A DNA stretch of 63,399 nucleotides, filler included, from Dimorphilus gyrociliatus (lineage: Eukaryota > Animalia > Annelida), in assembly GCA_904063045.1 (NCBI GenBank). It is 4 parts of 4 records of this genome, joined end to end, with 100 filler letters (N's around TTAATTAATTAA, not from the genome) between each part and the next. Parts side by side here need not be neighbours in the genome. Positions count along the whole stretch, not along the records: positions 28,720 to 47,294 come from CAJFCJ010000195.1; positions 47,395 to 59,474 come from CAJFCJ010000153.1; 2 more parts are not named here. One strand, written 5' to 3'. Both the position numbers and the translations under genes were made by a program. This document shows, one piece after another, positions 37,534-47,894 of the stretch (within the stretch, counting starts at the first letter, position 1; every line of letters starts with the position of its first letter). A model generated the notes under the pieces. That model had not been told where the DNA came from. It worked only from the letters and a program-made list of their open reading frames with translations, and did not search any database.

Positions 37534-38317
37534 CCATACTTGGCAACCATCTAGATTAATATATCCTAGGTTAAACATACTATTGCAATTTAAAACCAAA
37601 TCAAAAACAAACAAACAGACATAAATTGATTAGTGATGGGAAGAGTACTTGTTTTAAAATGTACAATAAGTTCTTACTCTTGCATTCCATTTCATTATGG
37701 GATCTTCTGAAAGTTTGGTGGAAGTTATTTGACTTTCATCAGAACTGAGACCTTAGTGTCTAGTTCAAACCTATATAAAACCTAATCACAAGTAAGAAGA
37801 GTCAAGGGGTTTTGAGGAACAGTACAAGTTGAACTTAACATCTGATCATCACAAATTCAATCAAAAATTAAAAAACATCAACTTTTATCCATTCAAAACA
37901 AATAAAAAACATATTTACACACAAACATACACACATGCATTCATTGTTAAAAACAAAAGTTCTTATGAATACCATATATAACCTCACAAATTATATAAAA
38001 AATTAGGCATCAAAATACAACTATCTATATGACCAAAATCATCTTCATAATCCTAATAGGAAACAAACTAAAAAAATTACAAAAAAATTACAAAAAACAA
38101 ATCTCAACTTGTTGACAACTATTACAAAAATCAACTTCAATGGTTGATATATACATTCACAATCACACATACACCTACACATAATGATACATATACATAC
38201 ATATAACAATTTATGATTAGGCTTATAACCAAAAACTTACTGCAGGGAAGGATTCAATTGTAGAATTGATCCTCTCCTCCCCTTCAAGATAGTTCTTAGG
38301 TTATACTATCCTCTGAA

Positions 38318-38372
38318 TTGACCCTGATGAGTCTTTGCATTAAAAGGGGAAGACGAAACCATGGTAGGTCAA
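38318..38372 (+). ncRNA. Hammerhead ribozyme 5
   Basis: Same sequence as ribozyme 1. Confidence 0.93.
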
Positions 38373-38619
38373 CCATACTTGGCAACCATCTAGATTAATA
38401 TATCCTAGGTTAAACATACTATTGCAATTTAAAACCAAATCAAAAACAAACAAACAGACATAAATTGATTAGTGATGGGAAGAGTACTTGTTTTAAAATG
38501 TACAATAAGTTCTTACTCTTGCATTCCATTTCATTATGGGATCTTCTGAAAGTTTGGTGGAAGTTATTTGACTTTCATCAGAACTGAGACCTTAGTGTCT
38601 AGTTCAAACCTATATAAAA

Positions 38620-38669
38620 CCCTAACCTAACCCTAACCTAACCCTAACCTAACCCTAACCTAACCCTAA
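38620..38669 (+). repeat. Telomeric tract (CCCTAACCTAA)4CCCTAA
   Basis: Strict alternation of hexamer and pentamer, read directly. Confidence 0.9.
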
Positions 38670-38993
38670 GAACAGTACAAGTTGGATTCTATGTCTGATC
38701 ATCCAGCTTACAAAAAAATTAAAACAAAAATTATTACAAAACACAAAAATACTCATATGTTCATTCATGCAAACAAACATACATTGATTACAAAATTCAA
38801 CTTCCACAAGTTGATATTACAAAAAACACACACAAACATCATTAGACATACAGTTACAAAACATTCCCTCTTCCATTCAATATATACACATTCATCAATC
38901 TTATGACAAAAATGGAATGCAAGGCAGGATACAATTGCAGAATTGGTCCTGACCTCCCCTTCAAGGTAGTGTAAGTGAAGCTATCTTCTGAAA

Positions 38994-39043
38994 TGACCCT
39001 GATGAGTCTTTGCAAAAGGGGAAGACGAAACCATGGTAGGTCA
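38994..39043 (+). ncRNA. Hammerhead ribozyme 6
   Basis: TGACC-CTGATGA-GTCTT-TGCAAAAGGGG-AAGAC-GAAA-CCATGG-TA-GGTCA. Confidence 0.93.
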
Positions 39044-39599
39044 ACTATTCTTAGTAACCATCAAAAAATTAGAACAAAAACTGAACATTTTTTCATCAAT
39101 CAGTTGTAGATAGTCTTACTTGTACAGAGTGTTCTTACTCTTGCATTCCATACCATTGTGGAATCTCTTGAAACTTTGGTGGAAGTTATTCAACTTTCAT
39201 CAGAACTTAGATCTTAGTATCTAGTTCAACATTACAAAAACCTAATCAGAAGTAAGGAGAGTCAAGGGGTTTGAAGAACAGTACAAGTTGGATTCTATGT
39301 CTGATCATCCAGCTTACAAAAAAATTAAAACAAAAATTATTACAAAACACAAAAATACTCATATGTTCATTCATGCAAACAAACATACATTGATTACAAA
39401 ATTCAACTTCCACAAGTTGATATTACAAAAAACACACACAAACATCATTAGACATACAGTTACAAAACATTCCCTCTTCCATTCAATATATACACATTCA
39501 TCAATCTTATGACAAAAATGGAATGCAAGGCAGGATACAATTGCAGAATTGGTCCTGACCTCCCCTTCAAGGTAGTGTAAGTGAAGCTATCTTCTGAAA

Positions 39600-39649
39600 T
39601 GACCCTGATGAGTCTTTGCAAAAGGGGAAGACGAAACCATGGTAGGTCA
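39600..39649 (+). ncRNA. Hammerhead ribozyme 7
   Basis: Same sequence as ribozyme 6. Confidence 0.93.
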
Positions 39650-39946
39650 ACTATTCTTAGTAACCATCAAAAAATTAGAACAAAAACTGAACATTTTTTC
39701 ATCAATCAGTTGTAGATAGTCTTACTTGTACAGAGTGTTCTTACTCTTGCATTCCATACCATTGTGGAATCTCTTGAAACTTTGGTGGAAGTTATTCAAC
39801 TTTCATCAGAACTTAGATCTTAGTATCTAGTTCAACATTACAAAAACCCTAACCCTAGTTAGGTATTACACTGGAACACTAGCTAACCAGTTCCCAAAAA
39901 CATTACCAGAGTTGTGTGAGTGGCCTAACCCATAACCCTTACCAAA

Positions 39947-39987
39947 CCCTAACCCTAACCTAACCCTAACCTAACCCTAACCCCTAA
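39947..39987 (+). repeat. Telomeric tract capping the 5'-truncated element B
   Basis: CCCTAA CCCTAA CCTAA CCCTAA CCTAA CCCTAA CCCCTAA joined to RT coding sequence. Confidence 0.88.
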
Positions 39988-42574
39988 ATATCAAATACCC
40001 CATGATGTTAATAATTTCTTAAATCTTGGCTTAAAATTTGTTTATCAACTCATCAAAGAAAAGCAATGGAGAGAACAAGCTTTATTGAATTTAGAAAAAT
40101 TTTACAAAAAAATATCATTTTTGAAAAAGCAAAGTGTTAATTCAAATTCATCAAGTCTCAGATTCATCAATCACAAATGGAAACCCATACACCCTAAAGA
40201 GTATTGTAATCCAGTTATTGTTGAAAATGATGATGATGACAATGATACATTAATGAAACTTTTTAAAGAATGTAAATCTGCTATAAAGAAACATATTTTC
40301 AAAGAAAATAATGGTAAACTGCAAATGTTTGATAAGACATTTTTCTCTTCTCTTTCAAAATTTCTCTCACTAGATATTGTTATTAAGCCAGCTGATAAAG
40401 GATCTTGCATTGTTATACAAAACACTGATGATTATGTCACTATGTGTGAACAGCTTCTTTCAGACTCAAAACAGTATTCTGTCCTATCAACAATATCATG
40501 TAACCAAACAACAGAAAATGATAGCTTTTTAAAACAGTCTATTACTTATTATAAAAACTTGATAAAAAGATTCAAAGTTATGCTTAATGATGATGAATAT
40601 CAAGAACTGTTAGACTCTGTTTGTATGAAACAAAATTTAATCAAGCATAGGATATTTTATGGATTGCCAAAGATTCACAAAGAAAGAGATGAATGGCTTA
40701 TAAATGGAAAAATACCTAAAGGTAGACCTGTTGTAAGCAACTTGAGAACTGAATCCTATGAAATATCAAGATTTCTATCACACTACTTGAAACCAATTAG
40801 TACATTACATGCTTCCTATATTGACAACTCTCAAAATTTTTTAAATCAACTAAGTAGAATTAACATTCCCTCTGATGCTCTTCTTATAACACTTGATGTT
40901 AAAAATATGTACACAAATATTGATACATATACTGGTCTGAAAGCTGTCAAATACTTTTTTCAAAAGTACCCTTCAAACAATAGACCTGATGACTTTCTAA
41001 TAGAACTTCTCCAGTATAATTTGCACAAGAATCATTTTAAATTTTTAAACAAAATATTTCTTCAAAAATTTGGATGTGCTATGGTCAGAGTTATGCTCCA
41101 GCATATGCTAATTTATGGATGGCTTGGATTGAAGAAGTTTTTCTTTTTAATATAAAACCAAAGCCATTTTTCTATAAAAGATATTTAGATGATATCTTTC
41201 TGATTTGGACTGAAGGAGTTGAAAAATTTGTTAATTATCTTAGAAAAGCCAACAGTATTTTAAAGAATCTGAAATTCAAGGAAAAAATTAGCTCAACTTC
41301 AATCAACTTTCTTGATTTGGTTCTCTTTAAAGGAACAAGATTTCTGTCTTCCAATCATTTGGATCATATAACATACTTCAAAAAATGTGAAACATTTCAC
41401 CAGTTACATCGAAATTCTCTTCATCCAAAGCACACTTTTAAAGGATTGTTGAAAGCTCAATTTCAAAGACTTTTTAAAAATAGTTCCTCCAATGTTATTT
41501 TTTATCTAACCTGTCAAACTGTTATCCATCCACTCTTACAGCAAGGCTATCACCTAAAAGAAATAAGAAAAGCAATAAAATCTGTACTGAAAGATGATTT
41601 GTATAGAGAACACTGCCAGAGAGAATTAAAAGAAATATGTGAAAAAAACAATGACATACCTGTGAAGATGAAAATCTTTTTCAACATCTCAAGCAAAATA
41701 TATCATCCTCTTAAATTACAATTCCTTTATAGAAATGGTTATATTAATTTTTTGGCTGAAAAACCCCAGATTTACCTCCTTCAATGTAAAGAGTGTGGAC
41801 AGTTAATGTTTTTTTCCATTTTCCAAAAGTACACAGATGTGAATATTTTTGAAACACTTGATTATTTACTGTCAAGACAGTACTTGAAAATTAAAAATGA
41901 TGAACTAGTGGAGAATTTTATTGAACATGGTCATTTTAATGAAAATCAACAAAATATTACAATATTTCCATATGAACAAATACAAAAAGAAATGTCTCCA
42001 ATTGAAGTCTGTAAACATGTTTATATATTAAATACAAAATATATCATGTTTCATCCTTTTGGTTTGGCAAAATTCACTTCTTGCCAAAATTCAACAAAAT
42101 TACCATTCATTATACCTTTTGGAAACCAACTACAGCCATTGATTAAAAAAATTCATAAATGTTATTGTAAATTTAGAATAGAAAATCCCACTTTGAAAAA
42201 CCTTCATTTGATATTTGCTTATACCAACAACACAAATATATATGTAAAACTAATAAATACTAATACAAGCTATCAACAGCAACAAATTGAATCCACTTCT
42301 TTCGCTTGCTCCAAGAACAATAGCTCACATGATACAAGTACTGAAACATCTTTATTAGAAAAAGCCAAATTGCCAACAATCAAGAACTTCTACAAGAGGA
42401 CAACTTGTCAAAAAGAACCTTCTTACATTCCAGATAAGAAGCCAAAATTGGATGAAACAATCACCAGAAAGTTTAAATCCAATGAGCACAATGAAGGGAG
42501 TTGTGGAAAAAACAAGTGATCCACCTGTAATTAAAAGAACTGGAAGAAGAATTAAGAAGATAGCAAAAAATTAA
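39986..42574 (+). CDS. Penelope-like RT with degenerate GIY-YIG (element B), N-terminally truncated and frameshifted
   Basis: IKPADKG, FYGLPKIHK, LDVKNMYTNI, RYLDDIF, IYLLQCKECG. Missing G at ATGG(G)TCAG (~41083); a further shift near 42480 extends the tail to RTGRRIKKIAKN*. Confidence 0.92.
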
Positions 42575-42789
42575 ACAAAAACTTAATATTAGTTTCTTGT
42601 AGAACATAGAATTTGTTAAAGTTACCTTATGGTAAATTGTAGAAATAGTTAAAACATTTGTAAAAGTTGTAGGCAGTATGTGTAGAACTTCCACAAAGTA
42701 TACATTTATCCCAATATATATATAGAACACATTTTTGAAAAAATACATTTCATTAACCAGTTTGCTTCATTTAAAATAGGTTTATACCA

Positions 42790-43860
42790 ATGGCTTCAAG
42801 TAATCCAATTAATACAAATACTAAAGTGATCATTGAAAACTCAAAAAATGTGATTGCAAATAACATCAATGTTGACCATTTTCTTCCTTCTTCATTTCAA
42901 GACTTTTTCAACTTTCAATTGTATTACAATTGCATAAAAAAGTATATGAGAAATAAAGCCATCCAACCTCCACTATACAATGAGAAGGAACATGAAAAAG
43001 CTCTTCTTACCAAAATGTCACAATTCAAAGAATTTTGTAACAAGGAATTATGGCTAGTTGAACATAATGAACAGAAAAGATTTATTAACACAGAACATCT
43101 TGTTAACTTAATCTATGAGCATCTGAACAAAACAGACAACACTGTCAAACTTGAAAATTCTTTCAAATTAAACAGAAAAACAATTGACATCAGAGAAAAT
43201 ATTATACAGCAACTCCACAGAATTGGAATAAATTTGAGTGAAGATGAAGCTATAAATTCTTTTAAAATACAACAACCAGCAATCAACTTTCCAGATGTCT
43301 TGGATTTGCTAATCTTAAGTGATCATAGTTTGGAGATGTTGATTTGAATAATGTTAGACTTGTTCAGAACAACATCAGATTTCAAGGAAATATAATCATT
43401 TTGAATATTAAAGAATTGTCATTTGCCAACTGTAAAGAAATACTTTTAAACTGGAAGTTAAAAGCAAAGGTAGTTGTTTAAATGTTCCATTTCAAGAAGA
43501 ACATGACACTGATAAACACTTCTACCTGATATCAGAAAATAACTCAATAACAAACATATCATGTTGGTTCAAAAATATCAGCTTCAGAAATCTCCAATCA
43601 ACAACACATTCCAACATATCCTTCAGAAAATGTTTACAAATATTATCAATGTTAACCAAATGATAAAAGGAGACCCATTCCATGCAAGAATACCTCCAAC
43701 TAAATTATCACCTTTAAGGAATGCTGTTCAACAACTAATTATGAATGAAATTATCGTACAGCTCAAACCATTCTCAACCAACAAAACATCCAAAGAACTG
43801 GAAGGAAAAGAAAAAGATACAAGCCAATCAAAACAACAATCTTCAATCATAGGACTCTAA
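42790..43860 (+). CDS. ORF3 of element B, homologue of 32864-33927, frameshifted
   Basis: HFLPSSFQDFFNF, KEFCNKELWLVE, IQQPA, LILSDHSL, KMFTNI..GDPFH..SPLRN shared with A. Confidence 0.7.
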
Positions 43861-44074
43861 TAATTTAAAAATCACAGAACAATCAAAGTAAGTAAAAACT
43901 CTCATAGTCTAACAATGCTAACAATACCAATACTCAGTTACCACTTAGAATTAAATAAAAATAATATTGAGCAAAACTGTAAAGTAAAAGTAAATACAAA
44001 AAAAAATTGCTGGGAGTTGATACAATTCTAGAATTGATCTCTCCTCCCCTTGATTAGTATTCAAAACAATCGAA

Positions 44075-44123
44075 TGACCCTGATGAGTCTTTGCTAAAGG
44101 GAAGATGAAACCATGGTAGGTCA
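44075..44123 (+). ncRNA. Hammerhead ribozyme 8
   Basis: TGACC-CTGATGA-GTCTT..AAGAT (G-U closing pair)-GAAA-CCATGG-TA-GGTCA. Confidence 0.88.
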
Positions 44124-44665
44124 GTTACTCAAAAATATTTTCAAAAATTTTTTACATCATGAACCAGGATATTGTTTTCTCTGTCAAACCTGTGCAGGAG
44201 GTCCACACTCTTGCATTCCATTTGGAACTCCTGAAAATTGGTGGAAGCTACCAACTTTTACCAGGACTTAGATCATAGTGTCAAGTTCAACTTTTATTAA
44301 AACCTTACACAGAAGTATGGAGAGCCAAGGGGTTTTAAAGGACAGCACTAGTCTGATGGGCAAATCATACTCTGGTTCAAAAAAATTTTTTTCATTCAAA
44401 ACAAAAAAGCAATAAAAATATACAACAAAGCAAACTCAATCAAACCCATACACACTTATGCATACACTTATCACAAAAATCAACTTCAATAGTTGATATT
44501 GCACCCACACATACACATGCAACATTAGAGATACACTTAAAAAATTCCATCTAAATACATGCACCCAATCCTATAGCAAAAAATTAAATGCAAGGTGGGA
44601 TCCAGTTAAAGAATTGATCCTAGCCTCCCCTTCCAGATAGCAGTAAGAGAAGCTATACTCAGAAA

Positions 44666-44715
44666 TGACCCTGATGAGTCTTTGCTAAAGGGGAAGACGA
44701 AACCATGGTAGGTCA
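44666..44715 (+). ncRNA. Hammerhead ribozyme 9
   Basis: TGACC-CTGATGA-GTCTT..AAGAC-GAAA-CCATGG-TA-GGTCA. Confidence 0.93.
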
Positions 44716-44897
44716 GTTACTCAAAAAATATTTTTCAAAAAATTTTTTACATCATGAACCAGGATATTGTTTTCTCTGTCAAACCTGTGCAGGAGGTCCA
44801 CACTCTTGCATTCCATTTGGAACTCCTGAAAATTGGTGGAAGCTACCAACTTTTACCAGGACTTAGATCATAGTGTCAAGTTCAACTTTTATTAAAA

Positions 44898-45004
44898 CCC
44901 TAACCTAACCTAACCCTAACCTAACCCTAACCCTAACCTAACCCTAACCTAACCCTAACCTAACCCTAACCCCTAACCCTAACCTAACCTAACCCTAACC
45001 CTAA
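44898..45004 (+). repeat. Telomeric tract of 19 units (10 CCCTAA, 8 CCTAA, 1 CCCCTAA)
   Basis: Read directly; marks the boundary between the retroelement chain and AT-rich flank. Confidence 0.92.
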
Positions 45005-45869
45005 AATTTTTCATTATAGAGCTGTAAAGTTTTTTTTACATTAAACAAAAGTTAGCTAATACAATATTAATGTATTGAATAGGTTTTATATGTTACTTTC
45101 CTCTTTCTCAAATATATATATATATAATTGATTTCATTAAACATTGGAGAGATATATAAAGAATACTTTTATCAATTTAACCACAGCAAACCAAATGCTA
45201 CAATTCAAGATTCCTTTTAAAAGTATATAAAAATATTCAAAGGAATGATTTCCATCAGAACCAATAGAAAAAGTTTTGGGAAGAAGAGGTCTATAAGAAA
45301 AGGATTAAGACAATAAGAAAAATAAACATGGTAAATAAGAAAACAAGAAAAAGGAACAGGAGAAACAGAAGGAAAACAAGAAGAGAAACAAACTCACCAA
45401 AAGGATGAGCAAGCAGAAGAGGCAGAGATGAAGAAAGTGTTATTTATTTTGAAGAAATAGATATTAAAAAAAATGATAAAAATATATATTAACCAAGAAA
45501 TTTGATTCAAACATTTGATAAAAAATTGTTAAACTGAGAAGAATTGATCACTCTTACAAATAACTTTTGTTTTTAGCTAAAATTCATAAAAAAATATTAA
45601 TTATAGTAAAGAATGAAAAGTAATTATTATAAATTTAATACCAACAGCAAGACAGAATTGTAAAGTTATATTATATTATATATTTACTTTAAATTTCAAT
45701 TTTGCCTTAAACTTTAATATATTTTCTTTATACAATTCATCACATTTCTATTAATATTTTTGGAATAAGAAATATTTATGTATTATGCAGAACATCCCTC
45801 TAATTGTTATTATTTTTTCCTGACAATAATTTTGGTTCAAATTTGATCAAAATCGGCCCAGTAGTTGCT

Positions 45870-47130
45870 GAGATATGGATTATAAGAAACATTATATATC
45901 AACTCTATTAAAAGCTTATATAAACAAAAATATTCGATGTTCAAAAAAACTAAATTTGTTAATATAAAAGTCAGAGCTCTGAAATTTTGTACATATACTA
46001 ATATTGATATACCGATTATAAATCTTTTTACAGAATTCAATTATCTTTTATAGTTTGGGAGCTACGTTACGTTAAAGTTTGTATTAGAAGACTTTTTTTT
46101 TAAAAAAAAAGAAAAAAAAATTTTTCATCTTGAGTGATGTCTTAAAAAAAAAAGAACGGCGGTGGTGTCTGTTAATTAGTTTCAATATTACGAACTCAAT
46201 ATTATTTGGTCAGTCTGCCTACACCCCTACACATCAAAATGTAAGTAAAATTGTTAAATTACCCTGATTAATATCTGTTTTTGTAATTAATTTTTGTTGT
46301 ATTTTATCTATTAAAATATGTAGAATGTTATCTGTTGCTTTTTAATTATTTTATTCAATTACTTTACTTTAAATCCCATTAATTTCTGCCAAAAGACATA
46401 AGTTACTTTTGAACACTACATTAAATGTAAGCCTATAATCATATTTTCGTCACAAAATTTTAACTCTGTTATGAATTAAGTTAGAGCTTTGAAATTTGGT
46501 ACATAGATTGTTATTATTACGCCGATATTAAATCTTTTTACAGAACTCAATTATCTTTTACGGTTCAAAAGATATGGCGCCGTCAAGTTTTATTCATTAT
46601 TCTTTATTTGTGAGCCTATATGAAATATTCGATAGGGCTAATCTAACTCTGTTATTAATAATCATAAAGCTTTCAAAGTTGGAACATAGATTAATATTAG
46701 TGGGCCGATTAAAAATCCTTTTACAGAATTCAATTATCTTGTATGGTTCAAAAGTTATGGCGCCGTTAAATTCTGTTGCTATTTCTTCTCCATAGGTCTA
46801 TATAAAATATTCGTTAGGGTCGATAAAAGTTAGTTAATATGTACAATAGAGCTTTGAAATTCAGTTCATATAGTAATATTGGTAGGCCGATTTCAAATCC
46901 GTTTACAGAATTCAATTATCTCTTTTGGTTCAAAAGTTATGGCAACTTTATTTTTTCGTCAATACTTTGTATTTAGGCCTTAAAAAATATTTGTCATCTG
47001 AAAACTAACTTTCTTATTAGTTAGCTTAGAGCTTTGAAACTTGGTATATAGACTAATTTTGGTATGCCGATCTCAAATCTGCTTACAGAATCCAAATATC
47101 AGTTACCGTTTTTGAGCTATTTACAATTAA
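45870..47130 (+). repeat. Diverged ~180-bp tandem repeats (subtelomeric satellite or non-autonomous element)
   Basis: AGAGCTTTGAAATT..GCCGAT..TTACAGAATTCAATTATC recurs at 46031, 46541, 46724, 46906, 47086. Confidence 0.75.
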
Positions 47131-47294
47131 AGTGTTTTACAGTTTGCTGTTATAAATATTTTTATTGTTATGATATTGTTGTGTTCAAAAGTTAATTGTT
47201 ATGAATGTAAGAGTGTTTGAATTGTATATTGGAGTTTTAGTGTGCTTTTTAATAATTTGATTGTAATTATCTGTTTTTAATTAAGATAAAGCTT

Positions 47295-47394
47295 NNNNNN
47301 NNNNNNNNNNNNNNNNNNNNNNNNNNNNNNNNNNNNNNTTAATTAATTAANNNNNNNNNNNNNNNNNNNNNNNNNNNNNNNNNNNNNNNNNNNN
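47295..47394. other. Artificial contig linker
   Basis: 44 N + TTAATTAATTAA + 44 N. Confidence 0.97.
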
Positions 47395-47894
47395 CTAGAG
47401 GATTTAAAGAGGTAAATGATGAAAGTTTGACTTTGAGGAGTAAGTATATATTGGATATATTCTCTGAAAGAAAAGTATGTAAATTCACATACATTTGCAC
47501 TTGATAACCAAAATAATCTCTACAGTATTTGTTCTTGCACAATTGTAAATATCAGGAAGGCGATAGGAAAGAAGCTATAAATTGTTCTCTGCTCTATCAA
47601 AGTCCACTAAAAATGCTTCAAACTTTCAAACAAATCATTTACATTCCAAATTACTCCTGCAATTCTAAAAGAGGTAGTTTTTAAATAAAATTATTTCTTT
47701 TATTATATTCAACATCAGAATTCAATATGCCAACAAGACATTCTACATTTGAATATCTTTCAAAACTACAAAACATTTGTGATTGGTCAACTTCAAATGA
47801 AACATTTGAAATCATTGACAAATGTAAATTATATTCCATTTATTATTTCGAAACATCAAAAAAGTACAAATCTAATGTGTTATGATTTGGGATA

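Larger units (their letters stand above)
28720..38619 (+). mobile_element. Penelope-like retroelement A (ORF1, RT-EN*, ORF3, hammerhead repeat array) ending on a telomeric tract
   Basis: PLE-type RT, minimal hammerheads in tandem terminal repeats, CCCTAA/CCTAA junction at 38620. Confidence 0.88.
34890..38619 (+). repeat. Tandem array of an 839-bp hammerhead-containing unit (~4.4 copies)
   Basis: Ribozyme starts at 34962, 35801, 36640, 37479, 38318 (constant 839 spacing); no differences seen between copies. Confidence 0.97.
38670..39846 (+). repeat. Dimer (~1.9 copies) of a 606-bp hammerhead unit with no coding region
   Basis: Identical copies at 606-bp spacing; related to but distinct from the 839- and 592-bp units; telomeric repeats on both sides. 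Confidence 0.95.
39986..44897 (+). mobile_element. 5'-truncated Penelope-like retroelement B (RT-EN*, ORF3, ~592-bp hammerhead repeat)
   Basis: Same organisation as element A; starts mid-RT at KYQIPHDVNNFLNLGLKF; ends on the telomeric tract at 44898. Confidence 0.88.
44075..44897 (+). repeat. Partial tandem repeat (~592-bp unit) at the 3' end of element B
   Basis: 44107-44304 and 44699-44899 match except for homopolymer lengths. Confidence 0.88.

Noticed and set aside
38682-39512. Two identical 74-aa ORFs
   Set aside because: Low-complexity A/C-rich frames inside the non-coding 606-bp unit; not conserved in the 839- or 592-bp units
34890-39846. Tandem repeats as CRISPR array or plain satellite
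   Set aside because: No short repeat with unique spacers; long units each carry a complete hammerhead core and are tied to PLE RTs
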